This document shows, one piece after another, positions 51,579 through 61,961 of a DNA stretch of 64,000 nt. The stretch is from positions 36,232-100,231 of the forward strand of contig JAUCBJ010009106.1 of the NCBI GenBank assembly GCA_032718475.1. The letters are read 5' to 3'. This stretch comes from Nemertoderma westbladi. Taxonomy: Eukaryota; Animalia; Xenacoelomorpha. Each line of letters starts with the position of its first letter. Position 1 is the stretch's first letter. A program made the translations under genes and the position numbers. Below the pieces are notes generated by a model. The model ran no database searches, was not told the origin of the DNA, and worked only from the letters and a program-made list of their open reading frames with translations.

Positions 51579-54500
51579 TTACGTTATGGAGTCCCTAGAT
51601 ATTTGTCGGATTAGGGAAGTGGTCGTAGGAAGAGTATCTTGCCTTCCATAGTTTCCGGACAGTTTTCGGTCTCTTTCCAGTAAACATAAACGACCAGCTG
51701 GGCGATTGAGTTGTTGTATTATTTTCTCCGCTCCCTTGGCCTGTCTAATCTCCGCCGGGGTAAGATGAGGAGGCCATTCTTCTTCTTCTTTACTTAAGAA
51801 GTCGGATCCACCTAACCAGCCTGGAGTATCTATCAGTTCTTGAGGAGTTGCTCCTCTGGAAGCGATGTCAGCTGGATTAATCGTCCCAAGGCAATGTCTC
51901 CATTGATCTACATTGGAGTTAATATCGTCATTATCTGAGGAGTATGGTGTTCCCTCAGTTGGGTCGTCCACCTCACTGCTCTCCACTTCCCATTCCTTTA
52001 CTTGGTATACCTGTTGTTGAGGTAATCTCTCTTTGAGAGTTCTACGGGAAGGGCCAGTGAAGTACCAACCTACTCTAGTTCTTACCGCATAGGTTTGTAG
52101 TGGCTGCGGTTGGGCAGGCCGTTTCTCCAATGTCTCGAGCGCCTCATGCGCGTTTTGGCCGATGAGTATTTGCACTCCAGGATAATCTGTCTGGAATCGA
52201 GGTATCTTAAGATGTTGGATGCTCTCATCCTCGTCCCAATTATAAGGGTCTGCTTGGGTAGTAGCGAAGTTCTTTATAGCCACCATTTTTACTGACCTTA
52301 TACTTTGTGCTCCTAATTTATCCTGGGGGGTGGACAACGCACCTACATAGTAGTCTGCCGTTAGGGTAGATTTCCAAACCTGCATAATTCCTGACATATT
52401 TAATTTAGTCCGGAATTTGGGTTGTCCAGCAAAGATATCTTCGGCTAGTTCTTGATCGATGAATGTTCCTGTTCTGCCGGAGTCAAGGAGGGCGTTCACT
52501 ATGTAACTTTTGTTGGGACCGTGAACTCTTACCTGCACTACAGGAAATTCTCTGATTCCTACGTTGGAAGTTGGAGCTTTCCAAGATGGTTGTCTGGCAA
52601 AAGTAGTTGGGGGGAACTCATTGTCGGTGTCCTTTTCGTAAGTAAGTGCTCGATACACTGAGGTATTTATTAGGTAACAGGATTCGTTGGCGTCGGAGAA
52701 TTCGTCAGTATAGAATCCTTCCATCTCAGACTCTTGATCAGTGTCATTTACATCACTGAATTGGACATGTAGTTCGGGCTCACTTACCTGACTCGGGTTG
52801 TCTCGTTCGAACTCACTGTGTAACAAGATGTGATGTTTCGCGCCACACTTTGCACACTTTACGTCGGAGTAACAGGTTCGCCGTTGGTGTCCTGATCTGA
52901 GGCAATTATAGCATAACCGCTTATTCCACAGGACTGTACGTCTGTCTACAGGGGATTTCTTTAGAAATTCAGCACACGCACTCAAACGGTGGGGCCCGTC
53001 GCACAGCGCACATTTTGGTTTGATGTCACTCACCTTACCTTGGATAACGTTATGCACTCTCATTCTTTCTTCGGGCTTTCTTCCGTGAATTCTCTTAGGA
53101 GACGTAGGAGGAGTTGTTGTTACCTGTTCTCTCCTGTCACTGATTCGAGACTTGTATTTACTTACATCTTTATAGGTCTTGTTGTCATAGTAAGATTTTG
53201 CTGTGTCTTTCCCGCTGTCCTCTTCTTGAGAAGCTTGGCTTTCGCCGTCGTCAGTGTAACACACCGGTGTTACTCTTCTCCTAGAAGCAGGTTTCTCACT
53301 TACCTTATTTTCCGATGTTTTCTCTCTGGACTGCTTGATGAGTTGTAGTTTTACTTCACCATCTAAGAAGGACATGAGATCAGTCATGGTAGGGCTTCGT
53401 CGTTGTTGTTCATTCATGTACAACACTTTCTTGTCCCAACGTGTACATACTCCACCCTTGGGTAAAGTAGAGACTACTGCTCCAATAACCATGGAACTCT
53501 GATATTCATGAGACTTACCTAACCAGTCCAATTGTCTACAGATTTCCTGAATTTCATCGGAAAACTCTATAATCCCGCTACTAAGGAAGTGTCGGGGGGT
53601 TACTAATTTTGCATACAAATACTTAGCTATGTTATCTTTGTTACCATACCTGATGTTTAATGTATCCCAAACTTGTCTTAATCCATCTGGATGTCCAATA
53701 AACTTTAACGCCATTAACCTGGGAGGTCCTTCCAAGCACTTGATGAGGAACCTAAGTTTCTCTCCGTTAGATAGTACAGAGTTTTGTATGCTATCTTTGT
53801 AATATTCATTGAAAGGTAGCCATTTCATCTCATCTCCATTGAATTTAACGATCTCTCCCACTTTGACCGCTTGGCGGGCTTCTGTTCTAGCCATCTGACG
53901 CGTAAAGCTTTCTTGGGCCATCTTGTTATTTAATATCGAATTATCGTTATATAAATTTCTCGGATCATTATCAGGTCTATAGGGAACATCATTAACAACA
54001 GGTCTATAATCACCCTTAATAGGGTTTGCTATAGGGGTTTCTACTTCACTATCAGTATAGATGCGTGTAGGCTCCACACCTTGCGCATGTAATACTTCAG
54101 ACCTAACAGGTTGACACAATGTTACAGGGGGTATGAGTATACCCTTTGGTATGTTGACTAATTTGTCGCGTTCTAGCGCGATACTTTGCTGCACTTCTTG
54201 CAATTCGGCCCTACCTTCCCTTACTGTTCCCTTAAATTGGTGGACAGTCTCCTGCATCTGTACGAGCAGGAGATTCATCCCCCGCCGTCCCTCCTCTACC
54301 CACTCAACCGCCGAAGCGGGAGTCGCCAACATTGTAGCGGGCTGACGCGGGACAACGGGAGACAAATCTTTGATTTCTCTCTCGGCGTCCAGGACAGGGA
54401 GGTTCTCATGGACTGTTCTACCGGGTACAGGCAGTGTAGTACTGTGTAGAGGGAATTTAGAGTTAAGCTCTGGAAGTACAGGGGTCTTTAGCACAGGAGT

Positions 54501-54782
54501 GGCTTTGGGAACGACAGGCCTAATTATTTCAGGCTCATCAACTATTGTAGGGAGTCTTGTGACCTGAATAATTTGTTCTGTGGGTTCTGTACTACCTAAG
54601 TCTGTGCTAGCTAGTTGTCTTCTGACAGCTGGGGGCAAATCAGGCAGTTTATGACGGTGAGATGTTTTTCTACGCCTGCTTAGACGAGATCTATTTCCTC
54701 CGCCTTCAGGATCGGTGGTTTCGCTTTCCTCCGATGATGTGTATCCCTGGCGTTTTGGAGTAGATCGTCTCATCCTCTGCAT
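51579..54782 (-). CDS. BEL/Pao Gag (DUF1759-like + 3 Zn knuckles) and aspartic protease, fused to an RNase H C-terminal remnant; no RT or integrase
   Basis: KFNGDEMKWLPF..EKLRFL..L..RYG. CALCDGPHRLSAC, CYNCLRSGHQRRTC and CAKCGAKHHILLH. ALLDSG, ILIG and TRVGW. Then WRHCLGTINPADIASRG..WLGGSDFL..EWP. Confidence 0.92.
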   Translation of the reverse strand: MQRMRRSTPKRQGYTSSEESETTDPEGGGNRSRLSRRRKTSHRHKLPDLPPAVRRQLASTDLGSTEPTEQIIQVTRLPTIVDEPEIIRPVVPKATPVLKTPVLPELNSKFPLHSTTLPVPGRTVHENLPVLDAEREIKDLSPVVPRQPATMLATPASAVEWVEEGRRGMNLLLVQMQETVHQFKGTVREGRAELQEVQQSIALERDKLVNIPKGILIPPVTLCQPVRSEVLHAQGVEPTRIYTDSEVETPIANPIKGDYRPVVNDVPYRPDNDPRNLYNDNSILNNKMAQESFTRQMARTEARQAVKVGEIVKFNGDEMKWLPFNEYYKDSIQNSVLSNGEKLRFLIKCLEGPPRLMALKFIGHPDGLRQVWDTLNIRYGNKDNIAKYLYAKLVTPRHFLSSGIIEFSDEIQEICRQLDWLGKSHEYQSSMVIGAVVSTLPKGGVCTRWDKKVLYMNEQQRRSPTMTDLMSFLDGEVKLQLIKQSREKTSENKVSEKPASRRRVTPVCYTDDGESQASQEEDSGKDTAKSYYDNKTYKDVSKYKSRISDRREQVTTTPPTSPKRIHGRKPEERMRVHNVIQGKVSDIKPKCALCDGPHRLSACAEFLKKSPVDRRTVLWNKRLCYNCLRSGHQRRTCYSDVKCAKCGAKHHILLHSEFERDNPSQVSEPELHVQFSDVNDTDQESEMEGFYTDEFSDANESCYLINTSVYRALTYEKDTDNEFPPTTFARQPSWKAPTSNVGIREFPVVQVRVHGPNKSYIVNALLDSGRTGTFIDQELAEDIFAGQPKFRTKLNMSGIMQVWKSTLTADYYVGALSTPQDKLGAQSIRSVKMVAIKNFATTQADPYNWDEDESIQHLKIPRFQTDYPGVQILIGQNAHEALETLEKRPAQPQPLQTYAVRTRVGWYFTGPSRRTLKERLPQQQVYQVKEWEVESSEVDDPTEGTPYSSDNDDINSNVDQWRHCLGTINPADIASRGATPQELIDTPGWLGGSDFLSKEEEEWPPHLTPAEIRQAKGAEKIIQQLNRPAGRLCLLERDRKLSGNYGRQDTLPTTTSLIRQISRDSIT

Positions 54783-55745
54783 TCAACTAGCAGTTAGCTG
54801 TTTATTTATGTAGTCTTGCGTCTCTTGCAGATTTTCCAACTCCAGTTGGGTAGTCTCCTCAGACGCTCTCCGTTCTGCTTCTGCCACTGCCTTTGCCATT
54901 GCCGCTGCCGCCTTTCTTTCTGCTTCTGCTACCGCTGCCTTTCCTTTTGCTTCTACTTCCGCTGCCTTTCTTTCTGCTTCTACTTCTGCCGCCGCCTTTG
55001 CTGCTTCTGCTTCTGCCGCCTTTACTGCTGCTGCCTTTCGGTCCTCTATCTGTTTTTTCTTTATTTGTTCTTCTTGGACTCTAACGAGGCGGAGTTTTTC
55101 ATCAAATTTAGCTTGTTCTGCAGCTAACATTTCCGCATCGATTGCGTCCAACACAAGCTTGGTTCCTTCACTATTAGGGCGAAGTCCAGACAGTCGTCTC
55201 CTCAACTCTTCGTCTCCTAGGAATCGCTGATAGTCTGACAGATAGATGTCAATGGCGTCTCTAGTTTGCGGCTTCTCTGCTGCTGTTAATTCGCTTTCCA
55301 CTTCGCTTTCCACTTCGCTTTCCACTTGAGAAGAAGTGGCGTTGGTTGATTCTTCATAGGTTGGCCGTTCATCATAAACCGTATCCGCCATCTTCGCTCC
55401 GCGTTCGGGCGTCCGCTCAACAGTATCCGAACTACTGGAGCTATCGGGCCGCTGAGAACTAGGTTCTTGGCTAGGATGTTGCTGCTGTTTGATAGCTGCT
55501 TCTTGATCCCGCTTGACTTGGGCCCGAGTGCCGATGATAGACCTACGCTGTTCTACTAGCCTAGGGTCTGACACTACTACTGTAGGGGTGGCCTTTCTTA
55601 CAATAGTAGGTGACTTAGACTTGGATCTGTGATGTTCTATACTTTTATCTTGGTCACAGATCCTTTTAATACGCTGTCTAAGTCTAATACTCATTCTAAC
55701 ACTTTCTAAGAGACTATCTGACAGTGATTGGGTTGCGTCTGACAT
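54783..55745 (-). CDS. N-terminal Gag extension (coiled-coil, Ala/Glu/Lys-rich), in frame with gag and separated by a single TGA
   Basis: The ORF ends AGT TGA, immediately followed by the in-frame ATG at 54782. Confidence 0.75.
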   Translation of the reverse strand: MSDATQSLSDSLLESVRMSIRLRQRIKRICDQDKSIEHHRSKSKSPTIVRKATPTVVVSDPRLVEQRRSIIGTRAQVKRDQEAAIKQQQHPSQEPSSQRPDSSSSSDTVERTPERGAKMADTVYDERPTYEESTNATSSQVESEVESEVESELTAAEKPQTRDAIDIYLSDYQRFLGDEELRRRLSGLRPNSEGTKLVLDAIDAEMLAAEQAKFDEKLRLVRVQEEQIKKKQIEDRKAAAVKAAEAEAAKAAAEVEAERKAAEVEAKGKAAVAEAERKAAAAMAKAVAEAERRASEETTQLELENLQETQDYINKQLTAS

Positions 55746-57990
55746 GTTTGTTTACACAGTTGAATGCCTACGGCTATAAATACAGTTAAAGTAAGTCTAG
55801 TAATTCAGTATCACTGTTAGCCTAACAATTAATTACCGATACTGCTACTCAGTGTAGCGTGATATATATATAATATATTAGAATACCGGTATGCTTATAG
55901 TATATATATAAGTATTATTACAGACTAGATTTGTCACGGAGTACCGGTATATAATTTTAGCACAAATATATATAAATATATAATAGGCCTATCGTGAATA
56001 CCGGTATACAGCTGACACTTATAGTATATATAAGTATAATTATGAACTAGAATTAATTACAGAATACCGGTATGATTTCAGCTCAAATTTATAGAAATAA
56101 ATATAATAAGCCTATGGTAAATACCGGTATGTCAATTATTTTAGAATAATTGAATTTCTGAATATTTTAGGGTTACTTGGTTACTTTAACTTACTTTGTT
56201 ACCGTTATTTAAGCAGTAGTCCAACTGATATTGAGACCTAGTTGTTGTATGGCAGGCCTACTATTTATAAATCGTTTGAGTTGATTTATAATATATATAT
56301 ACCCGTTTAAAAGGGTTTTGTCAATATTTGAAATAAATGTTATTATTTCTGGGGTCACCACACAGAAGCTGTGCGCTCTCAGTGAAGTGCTATTTATTTG
56401 ACACTAAAACTGATAATTCTAATTTACCTAGGTTACTTAATACTACAAATTACTTATGATACGGGTGAGATTAAATCTCTAATTAAACACAACAAAAATA
56501 TTACGTACGAATTTTTTAGGGTAATTTTACAGGAAGTCTACAAACCAGCCTAACAAAGGGTTAGAATTCTGGTTATTACAACGGACAGGGTACTATGGTA
56601 TTTGAAAATAATAAGTAGTAGTAAATATATTGCACTGTCCAGATAGGAAAATACCACCGCCTGACGACCTATAACCGTATCGCTATAGGTACTACGTTAT
56701 GTATCATGGAGTGTTCCTACCTAGAAGTTAATTACCGCGGACTACCAGATCCAGCGTGCCTATTAACCACTTTACAACACAAATATACTGCCTACACACT
56801 AATTACTTCGGAAAGCACTGTACACTAAACCCTAAATTAGGTACAAGTACTGGTACAACAAATAATCAGTAGTTAAATATACTTGAACAGTTAAAAGAAC
56901 CACGGCATCTGCTGGAGTGACCGAAGCACAAAGTCACCAGTCTTTTCCTACGCCAAGCAGCCCGTGTAGTACCGGGGTTAATTTAACTATAACGGTATGT
57001 GTAACAAACACAATTACTGTAGGAATAAACTTGGGGGCATGAATGTTGCGAATAATCGCATAAACTCTGAATAATAAATATTACGCTACCCGTACAGAAT
57101 ACTCAAACAAAATATAAACCAAACGCTGGCAGACTACCACCAAGCCTAAATAAACTACTGTATGTGCAGATTCCAAAACGGTTAGTTAGTATGCGTTCTA
57201 ACACGGTAGTACGACTTATTCTTTAAGAGGGGATTGACCTTACAGTTATGACTGCCCCAACTTACTAACTGGCACTTTATCAGACAAACTCTACACAAGC
57301 AGCAATCTCTTCAGACCTAATAATAGCTAGACAACAATCCAGCCTACAAAATATCTGAGTAATAACTATTACGGTACCTGAACAGACTACACAAACAAAC
57401 ACAAGCCAAAACGCTGGCAGAATACTGTCAAGCCTAAATAAACTACAGTATGTGCAGATTCCAAAATTGTTAGTTAGTATGCGTTCTAACACGGTAGTAC
57501 GACTTATTCTTTAAGAGGGGATTGACCTTACAGAGATGGCTGCCCCAACTTACTAACTGGCACTCTATCGGACAAACTCTACACACGCCGTAATCTCTCC
57601 AAACCCAACAACAATCTGACAACAGTCCGGCCTACAATTATCTGAACAATCTGAGCAGACTTACACGTCTTCAGCTCAATATTAACTTACTAGGAAATAA
57701 AACTGACAGAAATAGACCTAAGTAAAATCCCAATAAAAACCAGGCGTCCCCGATTTAATATCGAGACCTACCGGTATACAATAATCAAAATCGAATAATA
57801 CTAATGTACTTATACTGGAAGTACCGGTTAGGACAGTTGGGCCTACAGAAGTACCGGTTCTGGCAGTTGGACCTACGGACCTACAGCAGTACCGGTTCTG
57901 GCAGTTGGGCCTACTGACCTACAGAAGTACCGGTTCAGGTTTACCGGTTGACCGGTACTTTCAACTTTATTGCTTACTGCAATAAAGTCA

Positions 57991-58001
57991 ATGACTGTTA
58001 T
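57991..58001 (-). promoter_or_regulatory. Putative self-priming primer-binding site (ATAACAGTCAT)
   Basis: Abuts the 5' LTR, has no TGG, and is perfectly complementary to LTR 58754-58764. Confidence 0.55.
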
Positions 58002-59263
58002 TGTACGCGCTTTTGAAGACCTTTAGCAGTTTAACCCGCCAAAATTTATATGTCTTTTGGTTTATAAATATACTTTAGAAGATGACAAATATTTAATACC
58101 AATAAACACAACATTAGCAGAAGCCAGCCTAGTGCGCGTCCATTCACCCGCTGGATAATCCCGGGAGACTGGATTCTGAGGGCTTAAATTATTATTGCAG
58201 TGAAGCTTACTGTATTGTATTATTCGATTGATCGTTAATAATTAATTTCTGACTAATATTATTCACTTTCGGGAAATATTAACAGTTCCTTTAGGACGTG
58301 GCGCTCTATCTAAGTAAACCGAGATATGACTTATACTAATCACAACGGTAAGTCGGTAAGGCTTAAGATTCACGTATGAGGCGCATTCTTTAGGAAATGC
58401 TTAGTTATCAATCACAATCATGCACACTACCGGTAACACACAATACTGCTCACTAATTTGCCGACCGTCAATGAATTTTATCATATATAGAGAGAACAGC
58501 AACGGACCAATGTAGTGCTTATCAAATAGCATTAAATTCACTACAAACCACAATAATATAAGTCGCAATCGCTATATATAACCCGTCTCTCTAACCTGTA
58601 GTGTATCAAGAAAATTGGGAAATTTGGGTTCTTTATATATGTTCTCCAAATAATATTAAACCAAAACACAACAGTAAACAGCATTAGGACGGTAAGTTAA
58701 GATATGATATGACAAGATGTGAACAAAGTATTGTTATGCATTGATATGAATCGATAACAGTCATACGCTCTATAATTTAAGCCTACTAATGTTTCTTCTA
58801 AAGTATGAAAACGAATTGACTCTAGAGCCGTTGTTCCTGGCCTAGATAGCAATAACACAAAGTATCAAGAAAAAACTGTAAGACTGAACACACTCCTTAT
58901 GATCGACCGAAAAGCTACACGTCGACAGGAAAAATCGCTCTGATTGGCTCAAGCCAAACAAAGAACCATGCGTCCAATGGCTGTTTCCATGTCAGCAACC
59001 AGCTGTTAGATGTCGTAATATGAATCATCACGGCTAAGCTATGAAAGGTATTTGCCGCATTGCAGGTTTTTTGTCTTACATGTCCGCTAAAACACGTATA
59101 TAGCAGAATGACTTTTATGTCCGTTAAAACACCTGTAACGGTACCTTGAGGGCGAGGGGAATATATATACAGTTAGAGAACCCTTTTTAGAGTATTCCAG
59201 CGCCTGGGGGGAAACTGGATTGCGAAGCAAAGGGGCCAGTTATATCCCACAGAAGCTTTTACA
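58002..59263 (-). repeat. 5' LTR (1262 bp)
   Basis: Direct repeat of 47181-48443 with TG...CA ends. Confidence 0.97.
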
Positions 59264-59710
59264 GTATCCAACTTGAGGCGATCTACATTGATTATCATAA
59301 AAAATCTGGTCATCTTTGGACATTTTAACTGCCTATAATGCTTCTTGAGACTTCCTTCGAGAAAAATCACTGCAGTAAATATTAAAAAGTAAACATGTCT
59401 TAGTCTTCATTATTTCTTGGTTTTCCCAATATGTAGCTCCCCGTTTCTTCTTTGGGTACTGCCTCAAATATGTAAATTCGTTGAAAAGAGCAGTGACTTT
59501 TTCGGTAATTGCTAGTAGTGTTTCTGTATATACATTACATAAAATCCAATATAAAGATAGATTAACAGCACATTGATGATAGGGGGGGATCCACCCACTC
59601 CACTGGCGTCTGATTTTAATTTCAATAGGTAAGACAGAACTTCTTGGTTTGTTGGTAGACCACCATTTGGAAGACTTTCACTGTCGTGAAATATCCTACA
59701 GTTCTCACAT
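59264..59710 (-). pseudogene. Transposase pseudogene, middle of the N-terminal domain
   Basis: LPTNQEVLSYLL, WILCNVY, LFNIYC and YDNQ..PQVGY. It joins in frame to CTTFADKAW at 47175 once the LTR element and one TSD copy are removed. Confidence 0.75.
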
Positions 59711-61628
59711 TCAGTATTCTACAATAGTACATTATTTAATTTAAATTGTCTATAGAGATCTCTCTTCCGGCGAAACCTTCGCCGCAATAGACGTAAAGGG
59801 GGTCGACAGCGACCGTTTCTTTGTTGCTGGTGCGGTGGTTGGTGCTGTCGTTCGTCTTCTCGAACCTTGTTACAGAGGAAAGCGGAGTCATCATCTTCCG
59901 TTGATATGTTGTAATTCGATTACAGTGTTGGCCGCACCAACCGTTGACGTAGTTATCACGGATGTGGCTCTGGAAAATGATGATATGACAGGATTAACCC
60001 TCCAAGTTGAGGATTTAAATATTGATGGGGTAAGTTAAGTCATTCTTTATACAATTTTAAATGATACTATTTAATTCATAATATATACTTATATGCAACG
60101 TATAATGGAATATGTGTTGGGCTAATTATTGTAATGCAATATTTATTATCTTATCTGAATATTGAACTATTTACCTTTAGGCAAAAATGGTTAATAATTG
60201 CCGTGGGGCATTATGCCAAGGACTCTACGGCGATTATGCTTCCTGCCCTTGTTTTCGTACGGCAAAGGCGGGGCAGAAGCAATGGATTTTGCAATGTGAC
60301 GTCATATTGGACATGGACATTTATGTCTATGTCTATGGGGATAGGGTAATACCTATCCCCTTTTCGTCGGCTGCATTTACGAAACAATTTATTGCCGCGG
60401 ACGATATGGCTGTAAGTATTTCCTACTGAAAGTATAACATTTTCCGTTATACGGTGTTTTTAAGTATCTAAATAAAAAGTTTTTGGAGTAGACCTATTTA
60501 ATTTTGTGTAATTTTGAAACCTATACTAAAGCAGTAAATCTACATACTCAAGCAGTTACAGGGGGTGTTACTGTTACAGGAGGTGCTTGTAGAGATGTGG
60601 ATGAATGCACAGAAGGCCCGACGAGAACGCAGACTGCGAGAATACAGACGGAGGATACAGCTACACGTGTAAATCTGGATACGCCGGTGATGGACACAAT
60701 TGCGTTGGTGAGTTATTGTTCTCTTGAGATAGTCGATACTCATACTACTACTACTAATATCGGCATTCTGCATTGCAGCTGCATTATGTATATTACATAA
60801 GAATGCTGTGCCGGCTTATCGACAAAATTGCGCCGCCACAACTCCCTGTCACCCATGACATTTGATAGATCATCCGCATCTTCAAGGCCAGTGTCCATTA
60901 AGAGGCGTCTCAAGAGAGTCATGGGTTGGCTGTCCACCATGCTTATTCACTCCATGAGGCCACCAATTACGTCCGAGATTATGCACTGGCTAGTCCTCAC
61001 GGTGATAGCTCAATACTCATAAAGTTTGCTGTGCTGACCATGTACTGCTTTATCAGTGCAATTAATGTTATTCAGTCAGATAAAATAATTGTGTCCAATA
61101 CAAATTGTCTGCAATTTTGATTTTACATATATTTTTAGCACTTTATTTTGTTTTTCAGATGAATGTTCTACTGGTCAGCACGGTTGCTCCAGCAACGCTC
61201 AATGCGTAGACAATCCAGGCTCCTTCGACTGCTTCTGCAATCCCGGTTACGTTGGCAATGGGCTCGTCTGCAACCTTGACGATAACTGCGGGGTGAGTGT
61301 AATTAATTAAATTATTTGATTTCGTTGGTTTATGTACATTGTGTAGTATGCAATGCTTATAGTAATATTACGTAACTCAACATGTTCTTTGTCTTTTGTC
61401 TAAGGTATTGTTATATTCTGCTTCCTTTATCAGGGAACGTGCAGCCCCAGATGCCGTTTGTGTAAGAAGAGATGGAACCCCAACTTGTGAATGCAACCCC
61501 GGTTTCGATGGGGATGGAATTACTTGCGACCCAGTTAACGAGTGTCTAGACAGGTGAGACTGGTTTCTATACCAACTCGTACGACAGCGTATAGTTGGGT
61601 CAGACTGATTTATAATATACCAACTGGT
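59711..61628 (+). pseudogene. Captured genomic fragment of an EGF/cbEGF-repeat gene (exons at about 59757-60029, 60181-60411, 60580-60706, 61159-61292 and 61434-61553)
   Basis: CRDVDECTE, DECSTGQHGCSSNAQCVDNPGSFDCFCNPGYVGNG..C and CECNPGFDGDGITC motifs. GT-AG introns. Frameshifts in two EGF exons. Flanked by ACAT direct repeats. Confidence 0.8.
60800..60940 (-). mobile_element. RTE-like LINE 3' fragment in an intron of the captured gene
   Basis: LLMDTGL...MGDRELWR is the C-terminal RTE motif. Confidence 0.55.
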
Positions 61629-61961
61629 ACATATACCAGACTTGACTGTTGACAAGTGAGACAGACGGAACTTAATTAAAAAAGCTTCAAGCTCAAAATT
61701 ACTGAACCTTATTTGAATGTCACAGGATTTGCTTTATTTATACTGAAAACTGAAGGCAATGTTAGACACATGTTCCTTACACATTATGAAATTAGACATT
61801 CTCTTCTTTGGTATCTTTCGAGGATCTTCAAGAGCTTCATTGCCGATAATTATTAAGTCCTGCTTCTGGAATACAGATGATCTTGTAATTAAAGTATTCA
61901 TCTCCTGCTCATCTTCATCCTGGCCCTCGTGGCTATCTTTTGGTGGAACTATGGAATCCAT
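61629..61961 (-). pseudogene. Transposase pseudogene, extreme N-terminus
   Basis: ORF 61734..61961 continues through one stop to TVKSGIC, which joins ENCRIF at 59706 to restore a CxxC motif. Confidence 0.65.

Larger units (their letters stand above)
47181..59263 (-). mobile_element. BEL/Pao LTR retrotransposon, non-autonomous internal-deletion derivative, 12.1 kb
   Basis: TG...CA LTRs. 5-bp TSD GTATC (47176-47180 and 59264-59268). Purine tract GGGAGCGG before the 3' LTR. BEL-type gag and protease. Confidence 0.95.

Noticed and set aside
48522-55745. Alternative genetic code to explain the in-frame stops
   Set aside because: The stops are of mixed types (TAG and TGA), and the host genes end in standard TGA. 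Mutational decay is simpler.
59711-61628. Helitron as the carrier of the EGF fragment
   Set aside because: TC and CTGG occur near the ends, but they do not fit an A|T insertion into the reconstructed empty site, and a 4-bp direct repeat is present.
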